From Candidatus Kerfeldbacteria bacterium (GTDB lineage: Bacteria > Patescibacteriota > Patescibacteriia > UBA10025 > JAHIVO01): a stretch of DNA of 64,000 nucleotides. The stretch is taken from positions 728,007 to 792,006 of the forward strand of contig JACROE010000002.1 in assembly GCA_016214565.1 (NCBI GenBank), in the 5' to 3' direction. This document shows, piece by piece, positions 10,626 through 18,900 of the stretch (positions within the stretch are counted from its first letter, which is position 1; each line of letters opens with the position of its first letter). The translations under genes were made by a program, and so were the position numbers. Under the pieces are notes generated by a model. It was not told where the DNA came from and did no database searches. It was given only the letters and a program-made list of their open reading frames with translations.

Positions 10626-11417
10626 ATGCCCAACGGCGGCGGACAAATCGACCTGAAACACTGGCTCCAAGAACATCGGGAAATCTCCGATGAGGATTTT
10701 CGGTTCCTGATTGGGCATTCTCTCAGCCATCTTCGCATTCCTTTGACCGGAGTCCTGGGCTATCTGACGATGCTCGTCGAAGGGGACTTCAAGGCGCGAG
10801 AATTCTCCACAATTCACAAGTCGCTCAAAGAAACAGTACAGGAAGCCCTCGATACGCTAAGTGATGTTATGAAATTGAGGATTGCCTACGCGCGACAATT
10901 TGCACCGAAGACCAAGCAAAACAGCGCAAAGAAAGGACTAAAAAGAGTACTGCATTTCGAAGACGATAAGATGCTCACAAAGATATACCGAGTACGATTC
11001 GAACTGGATGGACTGCAGTACGAACCGCGAGAAACTCCCGCGCCCGATCCAGTAGCTTTAGTGAAAAGCGTTAAACCCGACCTCATCCTCATGAGTGTCA
11101 TTATGCCAGAAATGGATGGGTTTAGCGCGACCAGATTACTGAAGGGCGATCCGGAGACGCGAAACATTCCTTTATTATTCCTGACAAATCTCGGACAAAA
11201 GGAAGATATCATTAAGGGAATGAGCCTTGACGCGGTCGATTACTTGGTCTCTGCGCATTACACTCCCTGGCAGGTCGTCGACCGAGTGCGAGAGGTGTTG
11301 AAACTACCCAGACTCAAAAGAGATGAAAAGCTCTATCCGCCATTACCGACTCAGGGTAGTCGGGTGCCAAGGTACCAGGACATTCCGAAGGATGAAACGA
11401 TTAACCGTGCGGCATAG
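10626..11417 (+). CDS. HisKA-like dimerisation domain fused to an atypical receiver domain
   Basis: SHLRIPLTGVLGY H-box-like segment; REC motifs HFEDD, PDLILMSVIMPEMDG, FLTN. No HATPase domain is seen. Confidence 0.8.
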   Translation: MPNGGGQIDLKHWLQEHREISDEDFRFLIGHSLSHLRIPLTGVLGYLTMLVEGDFKAREFSTIHKSLKETVQEALDTLSDVMKLRIAYARQFAPKTKQNSAKKGLKRVLHFEDDKMLTKIYRVRFELDGLQYEPRETPAPDPVALVKSVKPDLILMSVIMPEMDGFSATRLLKGDPETRNIPLLFLTNLGQKEDIIKGMSLDAVDYLVSAHYTPWQVVDRVREVLKLPRLKRDEKLYPPLPTQGSRVPRYQDIPKDETINRAA

Positions 11418-11606
11418 TGGCTCATTGTCGGAAGTTAACCACAGAGTCTGACCACTCTGATTCAATGCGAGTGTTTTGGTCAACATGCTAGAATATTCTC
11501 ATCGACGTTGAGACTTTGCAATTACTTGGGTTTTTCTGGATAAGCGGGTTATCGGAGGCCATTCGACTCAGAGTACAATTTCATTGACTATTATCACTTT
11601 CAGACT

Positions 11607-11900
11607 ATGGCACTCATTAAGTGCAGTGAATGCGGAAAAGATATTTCGGACCAGGCAGAGGCTTGTCCGCACTGTGGCAATCCTCTACGGCCCATTGTCG
11701 TACAGGCTACCAGCAAGCGTTGGAAACTTGCAAAACTAATTGCATGGATCAGCATATTGGTGGGGATATATCTCTTCTTGCGAGGCTATGGCCTCGACGA
11801 GTGGAGTAGTCCAATGACCGGCTTTGGTTTCACGTTAGCATTTGTTGGTTTTGTAGCGCTCATGGTGGCCAAATTTGGAAGCTGGTGGAACCACAAATAG
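11607..11900 (+). CDS. Zinc-ribbon membrane protein
   Basis: MALIKCSECGKDISDQAEACPHCG (CxxC...CxxC) followed by two hydrophobic helices. Confidence 0.85.
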   Translation: MALIKCSECGKDISDQAEACPHCGNPLRPIVVQATSKRWKLAKLIAWISILVGIYLFLRGYGLDEWSSPMTGFGFTLAFVGFVALMVAKFGSWWNHK

Positions 11901-12110
11901 CGGTATCATTTCGACAGGTGATCACGCTAGAACGGGATTGTCTTCTATTGCAGTTCTAACATCATTCACCAGACGGACGGGGACAGGAAACGTGCACATC
12001 GGGAACTGCCTTTACAGAGACCCTGATTTGTGGTATTCTGTTGACTAATTGCCCTCATTTTAGCCAAAAACTGTCAGGGTGTTCGATGAAAAAGGTGCGA
12101 ACGTCTGACA

Positions 12111-12123
12111 CCAGGCCCCACCA
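12111..12123 (+). repeat. Putative attR: duplicated tRNA 3' end (CCAGGCCCCACCA)
   Basis: Acceptor-stem-like 3' strand plus ACCA with no upstream tRNA body. It sits at the island edge, 2 nt before the next tRNA 5' end. Confidence 0.5.
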
Positions 12124-12125
12124 TT

Positions 12126-12370
12126 GGGTGCGTAGCTCAGTCCCGACGCGAAGCGGTCGGGATTCCGACTGAAACGTCGGAACTGGTTAGCCTTCAAAAT
12201 CCCATAGGATATGTGAGAATAGAAGCCCATTTATTTGTAGGGGTGCGTAGCTCAGTCCCGACGCGAAGCGGTCGGGATTCCGACTGAAACGTCGGAACTG
12301 GTTAGCCTTCAAAATCCCATAGGATATGTGAGAATAGAAGCCCATTTATTTGTAGGGGTGCGTAGCTCAG
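12126..12370 (+). repeat. Perfect 115-bp tandem repeat (2 full copies plus 15 bp) beginning with a tRNA 5' end
   Basis: 12126-12240 equals 12241-12355; a third GGGTGCGTAGCTCAG starts at 12356. Confidence 0.95.
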
Positions 12371-12409
12371 CTCGTGAGGTCAGAGGTTCGATCCCTCTCG
12401 CGCCCACCA
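12126..12409 (+). pseudogene. Disrupted tRNA gene (Val- or Ile-like; anticodon absent)
   Basis: 5' GGGTGCGTAGCTCAG...CTGGTTAG and 3' CTCGTGAGGTC-AGAGG-TTCGATC-CCTCT-CGCGCCC-A-CCA. The acceptor stem GGGUGCG/CGCGCCC pairs fully, but the anticodon 5' strand and loop are missing. Confidence 0.75.
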
Positions 12410-12552
12410 CGCGTTCACAATTGCTTCGTCCTTCGTGTGACGAATCAAGTTCGTCCCACTCCGCACGTCAGCAATGTGCCCGCTTTTCCCCATCAAGCAG
12501 AGCTTGATGGGGGATCCCGAAGAAAGATTACTAAAAAATCCGTTACGGTATT

Positions 12553-13185
12553 ATGAAAATTACCCCAGACAAAGAGACAATTGCCCGCGAACCGAAAGCA
12601 GAACAGGGCGTGCCAGACTACGCGAAATCACCGCGCGGTTTTTTGGTTGAGCTGATAAAAATCGTTTTGATCGCCGTGGTGATTATTATTCCGATCCGGT
12701 ATTTTTTGTTTCAGCCGTTTTACGTCCGTGGCGCCTCCATGGAGCCGAATTTCCACGACAATGAATATCTCATCATTGATGAAATTACCTATCGTTTTAC
12801 TGAGCCGCAGCGTGGAGAGATTGTGGTAGTTCGGGATCCAAAGAATCATGCTGAATTTTTGATTAAACGTATTATCGGTTTGCCGGGTGAGACCATTCAG
12901 GTGATCGAGGGCAATGTATACATTTACAATCAGGAAAATCCGGAGGGAAAAATATTATCTGAGCCATACTTATTTAGTCACATAGTTACGACGCATGATC
13001 AGCGGGTGGAGGTAGGCTCGGATGAATATTTCGTGATGGGGGACAACCGACCGGTTAGCCTGGATTCGCGGAGCTTTGGCCCTATTTTGAAAAAAAATAT
13101 TGTGGGACGTGCCTGGCTTCGGGTGTGGCCGTTTGAAACTTTTACTCACTTTTCTGTGCCAAGTTATAGTACGCAATCACAATAA
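12553..13185 (+). CDS. lepB: Signal peptidase I
   Basis: TM helix, GASMEP (catalytic Ser), IKRIIGLPGE (Lys), GDNR..SLDSR. Confidence 0.96.
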   Translation: MKITPDKETIAREPKAEQGVPDYAKSPRGFLVELIKIVLIAVVIIIPIRYFLFQPFYVRGASMEPNFHDNEYLIIDEITYRFTEPQRGEIVVVRDPKNHAEFLIKRIIGLPGETIQVIEGNVYIYNQENPEGKILSEPYLFSHIVTTHDQRVEVGSDEYFVMGDNRPVSLDSRSFGPILKKNIVGRAWLRVWPFETFTHFSVPSYSTQSQ

Positions 13186-13192
13186 TAAATTT

Positions 13193-14674
13193 ATGAAACC
13201 TATGCCGCAAAAGAAATCAGAGAAAAGCAAAAAACCGTTGCAACTCCTGCGAGGGTTTAAGGATATATTGCCCGAGGAACAGCAATATTGGGATTATGTA
13301 CGGACGACCGTTGAACGTTTGGCCCGTACGTTTAGCTTTGCTCGGATTGAATTACCATTGCTTGAGGATGCAAATTTATTTATCCGATCAGTTGGAAAAG
13401 AGACTGATATCGTGGAAAAAGAAATGTATGTCTTTGAGGACAAGTCCGGCGATACCGTAGCATTGCGACCGGAGGGGACGGCCGGCGTCGTTCGTGCGTA
13501 TATCGAGCATGGCATGATTACTCGGCCCCAGCCAGTAAAAATGTATTATGTTGGCCCATTTTTCCGTCATGATCGGCCGCAAGCAGGACGTTATCGTCAG
13601 TTTAATCAGTTTGGATTTGAGGTGATTGGGGATGCGCATCCCGTGATTGACGCCCTCCTTATGATGATGGCGTATACTATATTTAATGATGTGGGCGTGC
13701 CGGTAACCCTGCAGGTAAATAGTCTCGGCTCTCCGGAGTGCCGCCGCAATTACGTGAAAGCGCTCCAGGAATACTTCAAAACCCGCAAGAATTCATTGCC
13801 TGAAGAAGATTTGAAACGGCTGCAAACAAACCCACTACGCTTATTGGATAGCAAAGAGCCGGACACACAAGTGCTCGTCGAGGGTGCGCCACAGATTGTT
13901 GATTTCCTTGACGACGAATCAAACAAGCATTTTATCAAAGTGCTGGAGCATTTGGATGAATTAGATATTCCCTATGTGTTGAATCCACGACTGGTGCGCG
14001 GTTTGGATTATTATTCTCGCACTGCGTTTGAGATTTGGCCGGTACCCTATGAAGAACCACCGCAACCAGAAGCGCCAGCGCCCGAGCCAGTCAAAGGTCA
14101 TCATAAGCCAGAAGAAGAAAAACCAGTGGAAGAAAAATTAGAAAAGCTGGATAAACCGTCAGCGCAGAGCGCATTGGGCGGCGGCGGCCGGTATGATTAT
14201 CTCGTGGAGCAGTTGGGCGGACAGCCGACGCCAGCCATGGGGTTTGCGTGCGGCATTGAGCGATTGATTTTGGAAATGAAGTTGCGCCATATCTCTCCGG
14301 GCAGCGTGGTGAGTCCGGATATTTTTCTGGCTCAGCTTGGCGATGAAGCGCGAAAGAAGGCGCTGAAAGTTTTCAATCAGTTGCGTGCAGCTGGCTTCCA
14401 AGTCGCTGAAAGTTTTTCTAAGAATGGTTTGAAATCCCAGATGGAGCAGGCAAATCGTTTGGGCGTCAAATATACGGTTATCATCGGTCAGAAGGAATTG
14501 ATGGATGACACGATTTTGATTCGAGATATGGAGAGTGGCATTCAGGAAACATTTGATTTCGAGAAAATGATTCCCGAATTGACGAAGCGTCTGCGAAAGA
14601 ATGGGACGAATGGTGCAGCGCCCATCATGCCCCCCGTTCCGCAGACCGACCTCAATCAGCCGAAACTTTTATGA
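13193..14674 (+). CDS. hisS: Histidine--tRNA ligase (start taken at ATG 13193)
   Basis: LRPEGTAG, FRHDRPQAGRYRQF, LVRGLDYY, GGGRYD, GIERL, and a C-terminal anticodon-binding domain. Confidence 0.97.
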   Translation: MKPMPQKKSEKSKKPLQLLRGFKDILPEEQQYWDYVRTTVERLARTFSFARIELPLLEDANLFIRSVGKETDIVEKEMYVFEDKSGDTVALRPEGTAGVVRAYIEHGMITRPQPVKMYYVGPFFRHDRPQAGRYRQFNQFGFEVIGDAHPVIDALLMMMAYTIFNDVGVPVTLQVNSLGSPECRRNYVKALQEYFKTRKNSLPEEDLKRLQTNPLRLLDSKEPDTQVLVEGAPQIVDFLDDESNKHFIKVLEHLDELDIPYVLNPRLVRGLDYYSRTAFEIWPVPYEEPPQPEAPAPEPVKGHHKPEEEKPVEEKLEKLDKPSAQSALGGGGRYDYLVEQLGGQPTPAMGFACGIERLILEMKLRHISPGSVVSPDIFLAQLGDEARKKALKVFNQLRAAGFQVAESFSKNGLKSQMEQANRLGVKYTVIIGQKELMDDTILIRDMESGIQETFDFEKMIPELTKRLRKNGTNGAAPIMPPVPQTDLNQPKLL

Positions 14675-15015
14675 CCGAGCAGTGCATTTTTTGCAGTATC
14701 GTCCAGGACGCAAAGCCTGAGGTACTTATTTTCCGCGGGAAACACATCGTGGCATTCCACGATATTTCTCCAAAAGCGCGCGTGCATGTCTTGGTCGTGC
14801 CCAAGGTGCATCGTGAATCACTCAATGCAATTACGCCAGCTGACTCCGAAATGATCGCTGAATTATTTGGTTCCATTCCTACGATTGCCGAACAGCTCGG
14901 CATTCGTCACAGCGGCTACAAAGTCGCGATTAATACCGGGGCTGATGGCGGGCAGGTAGTACCGCATCTGCATATTCATGTGCTGGGCGGAGAGCCACTT
15001 TCAAGCTTGGTCTAA
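14671..15015 (+). CDS. HIT-family nucleotide hydrolase
   Basis: CIFC N-terminus and GQVVPHLHIHVLGG histidine triad. Confidence 0.95.
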   Translation: MTEQCIFCSIVQDAKPEVLIFRGKHIVAFHDISPKARVHVLVVPKVHRESLNAITPADSEMIAELFGSIPTIAEQLGIRHSGYKVAINTGADGGQVVPHLHIHVLGGEPLSSLV

Positions 15016-15063
15016 TGATCAGAAAAGTACCAATTTGGGCTTTTTTCCGCTATTCAGAATAAA

Positions 15064-15093
15064 TTGACAATACTCCATCTGGCGTGTTATAGT
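15064..15093 (+). promoter_or_regulatory. sigma70 promoter of rpsU
   Basis: TTGACA-18-TATAGT with a TG extension; SD-like GAAAGGAAGGTGA precedes the GTG start. Confidence 0.7.
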
Positions 15094-15154
15094 AACAACG
15101 ATTTTTGAGAGTAAATTATTTGAACTAACTTTTAGAAAGGAAGGTGACATTTCA

Positions 15155-15445
15155 GTGGTTGAAGTAAAAAAACGAGAAGGCGAGTCTCCCGAAAGTCTGC
15201 TCCGGCGCTTTACTAAGCGCGTTCAATCATCCGGCGTTTTACTCCGGGCGAAGCAGGGGCGGTATTATGCTCCGAAGCGCAGCAAACTTGAGCTTAAAGA
15301 TGCAGCCGCGCGCCGTCAATTGATTACCGAAAAGAAAGAATTTCTCCGCAAAGTTGGCAAGCTTGAAGAATTTATTGATCCGCGCCGACCGAATAAGCGC
15401 GGCACTATCAAAAAATTGCTCCAGGCAAAAATTCGCAGCAAATAA
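15155..15445 (+). CDS. rpsU: 30S ribosomal protein bS21 (C-terminally extended)
   Basis: VEVKKREGESPESLLRRFTKRVQSSG...YY.PK.SK pattern; conserved HIT-rpsU-yqeY context. Confidence 0.9.
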   Translation: MVEVKKREGESPESLLRRFTKRVQSSGVLLRAKQGRYYAPKRSKLELKDAAARRQLITEKKEFLRKVGKLEEFIDPRRPNKRGTIKKLLQAKIRSK

Positions 15446-15457
15446 TTTGTCATTCTC

Positions 15458-15901
15458 ATGACCATTACTGAACGAATCGATGCTGACCTGAAGCAGGCCA
15501 TGCTGAAGAAAGAGGCGAAGCGCCTCTCGGTATTGCGTATGCTTAAGAGCGCCATCCACAATCGCGCCATTGCCGATCGCGTCAAAGAATTATCAGACGA
15601 TCAGGTGGCAAAAGTATTAAAAACAGAATCCAAGAAACGCAAAGATTCGATTGAGGCGTACACCACAGGCGGCCGGCGAGATTTAGCGCAACAGGAATCT
15701 GATGAAGTAGATATCATAAAAGAATATTTGCCCGCCGAACTTGACGAGTCTGCTGTTCAGGCAATCGTTGATACCGTGGTTGGGGAATTGGGGACTGGAG
15801 CGGCTTTTGGCGCCGTGATGAAAGAAGTGATGGCGCGCAGTGCTGGCCAGGCAGATGGCAAACTTGTTTCCTCGCTCGTCAAGAAAAAGATTGGTTCGTA
15901 G
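15458..15901 (+). CDS. yqeY: GatB/YqeY domain protein
   Basis: DLKQAM...LRMLKSAI...KKRKDSIEAY..GGR.DLA..E...I..YLP; follows rpsU. Confidence 0.93.
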   Translation: MTITERIDADLKQAMLKKEAKRLSVLRMLKSAIHNRAIADRVKELSDDQVAKVLKTESKKRKDSIEAYTTGGRRDLAQQESDEVDIIKEYLPAELDESAVQAIVDTVVGELGTGAAFGAVMKEVMARSAGQADGKLVSSLVKKKIGS

Positions 15902-15967
15902 AGAACATTGTCCGCGTCCCGCGTACCATTAGTCTTCATGCTTAATTAATGGTTCTCGTCAGCGCAC

Positions 15968-18900
15968 GTGAAAGATACACTGAAAAAAAATAAAAATTCA
16001 CTTTTGGGCGTCTTTGGGTTTTTGCTTATCGTGGCAATTGTTGGCGCGGCGGGCTGGCTTGCCGTACCGGAAACGAGCGCGCAAGTGAATCTGGATCCAA
16101 ATCTCGGTACTACGTTTGGTTTGGGAACGGCGGATCTATTGTCCACGGTGATTAACATTGTTCAGTGGGCGCTTGGATTCCTTGGTTTGATTGCGGTCAT
16201 ATTTATCATGTATGGCGGTTTTGTCTGGATGACGGCGGCCGGCAATCAGGAAAAGGTGGAAAAAGCCAAGAAGATTATTACGCGGGCGGTGATTGGTCTG
16301 GTGATTGTCCTGTTGGCTTGGGCCATCGTTACCTTTATCGTTGACCGAGCGCTTGATCTGACGGGTGGCAATGGCAGTAGTTGTACGGATGGTGATGTGA
16401 ATGGATGCTATCTGTGCTCAAGTGGCTCATGGGTGTATCAAAATGCGTGGCCGGGCTGTAATGCGGGCGGGGCTAATTTCTTTGATGTCGTGGATACGTA
16501 CCCAGCGGACGGGCAGACTGGCGTGTATCTCTGTAGTATCGTTCAGGCGGAATTTAATGGGAATATTGATGCGGCTACGGTTCCGGGCGCGGCGTTTGTC
16601 TATGTGAACGGCGGCGGTCAAAATGGCGATGCCTGTACTGCTAACACCGATTGTGCGTCTGGCGTTTGTGCGGCTACTTGCCAGGGGAATTCAGTGCCAG
16701 GCAATTGGAACGCCAGCGGCGATACGTTAGAATTTTTGCCTAGCCAAGAGCATTTGCCGAACACCATTTATCAGGTTTATTTATGCGGCAGTGGGGCGGG
16801 CAATCCTGACTGCACCAGCCAGATAGAGGAAGACGCAGCGACACCGAGACAATTTATCGGTGAAATCTGGTTCTTCACGACCGGCAATTCGACGCTGAAT
16901 GAACCGCCTGAGGTGACGGCCATCTATCCGGCTGACGCGGCTGCCAATATTTGTCTGAATACGACTATTGCGGCGAATTTCAGCCAGCCGATTCGCAAGG
17001 CATCGCTCAATGCCAATACGGTGCAATTCACCACCGGCGGCGGACCGGTTGGTTTACGCACACCTTTTAGCATCCCTAGCACGTGGGATTCTTTCTCGAC
17101 CCGGCCGAGCAATGCCATGACCGCTGGCGCGGAATATAATGTCAAACTTATTGCTGGCACACCTGGCAACACGGATCCGAATAACGGCATCATGGACGTC
17201 TGCCTGAATCATTTGGATGGTGATTATAATAATAATGAAGACGGCAGCCCGGGTGATGATTTCATGACTATCAATAATGAGCCGAGCGGCGGTGAAGTGG
17301 CGCCGTGGAATTTCTTCGCGGATACCGACACCACCAATATCGAGTGCACCCCGGAGATCAGCAGTATCGTTCCGGCCAGTCAGCGGTATGATGCTGATCC
17401 CGGCATCACCATCAATGGCAGCAATCTCTCCATCAACGGCGATATCCGATTTGAATTGAACGTGATGCACGACAACCGCTGCATGGATGTGAATGGCACG
17501 CCCAATCAAGCTTGTGTCGCGAGTTGGACCGGCGATCAAATCAGTACGCGCATTCCTGCTGGACCAGTTGCCTTTGCCGGTGAATCACCCTCGGCTGGTG
17601 CGGCTGACGGTAATGTGCGCGTGGAGATCGGCGCGGGCGATGATGAGAAGAGTAATACTTACGCATTCGACGTTTCCAGTCCGCAGATACGCCGGGCCTT
17701 AGGCATCAATAATCAGGCGCATGGCGGCATCAGCCAGGCGGTCAAGCTCGAACGGCGCACGGGGAACGCCAATGACGGTTTTGGAGCACCTGGTACCGTT
17801 GAGTTTTTCAATATTTCTACCCAGGCACGAATGCCGGCGGATACGCTGAATTGCAGCACCACCTGGACTAATAATTACGCGTTGATTAAAGTACCCGATT
17901 TATCTAGTATCGGCGTGACCGCGTGCGACACTTCAATTTACAGCTGGTATGACTGCCCCACCGCAGTGCCAAATTCGGTGGTTGGCATTCAGTTATTTGG
18001 CGCAGGCGGCGCTCAGCCGAGCAACATTATTAAATTTATTTATACGACAGAAACGCCCGGACCAGTGCTCTGTGAAGTGGTGCCTGAGTGTGGCAATGCC
18101 GGAGCGGCAATAACCTTAACCGGTGAGGCGTTTGGCGCATCTCAGGGGAGCGGGCGGGTGTGGATTTCATCGCCGCCAGTTTCCGCCCCGGTAACCGGTT
18201 GGAACGAGGGTACCATCACCGCCACCGTGCCAAATCTGCGGAATGGCGTGCATGAGGTGAACGTTGAAGATGATAATGGCAAATCATCATACTCCATGGA
18301 TTTTCAGATTCCGTGCGGCGACATTCCTCAGGTCGTAGAAAATGCCAGTTGCGCCGCAACCTGCAATGGAGGACCGAACGATGGAAATTTGTGCAGCGAC
18401 GATAGTCAGTGTCCGGGTGGCGCTTGTCAGATCTCCATGGCGTCCCCGAATCCCTATAAAGGTACTGATGACGTGTGCGTGAACGCCATGTTTGGCGCGC
18501 GATTTACCGTGCCGATGAATACCGGTACATTCAATGCGAATATCATTTTGGAGAGTTGCGGCAATGATAGTTCCTGCGCTGCACCGGTGGCCGTCACGCA
18601 TAATATGGGAACTTTTGGTGCCCCGCTGAATGAACGATTTATCATGCAGCGCACCGTCGCAGGGGTGCCGACTGATCTGGATCCAAATACCTACTATCGT
18701 GTGACCATTCGCCGTCAAGTTGAGAGTACAACTGGCGCGCGAATGAACGCAGATTATGTGTGGCTGATTAAGACCAAGGCTGACACCGGCCCCTGTCCGG
18801 TGGAGAATGTTATGGTCACGCCGGGAAATGCGGTGCTCTATAATATCGGGGATACAGAACCATATCTCGCTACTGCGATTGGTCCGAATTGTGCCTTGCT

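Larger units (their letters stand above)
1..12123. mobile_element. Right part of a tRNA-integrated defence/genomic island
   Basis: A block of R-M and accessory genes ends at a tRNA-3'-end-like remnant (12111-12123), and housekeeping genes follow. No integrase is in the window, and the left end is not visible. Confidence 0.65.

Noticed and set aside
12126-12370. 115-bp repeat as a CRISPR array
   Set aside because: The units are fully identical with no variable spacers, derive from a tRNA, and no cas genes are in the window.
12374-12556. 60-aa ORF upstream of lepB
   Set aside because: It starts inside the tRNA 3' half and has no protein-like features.
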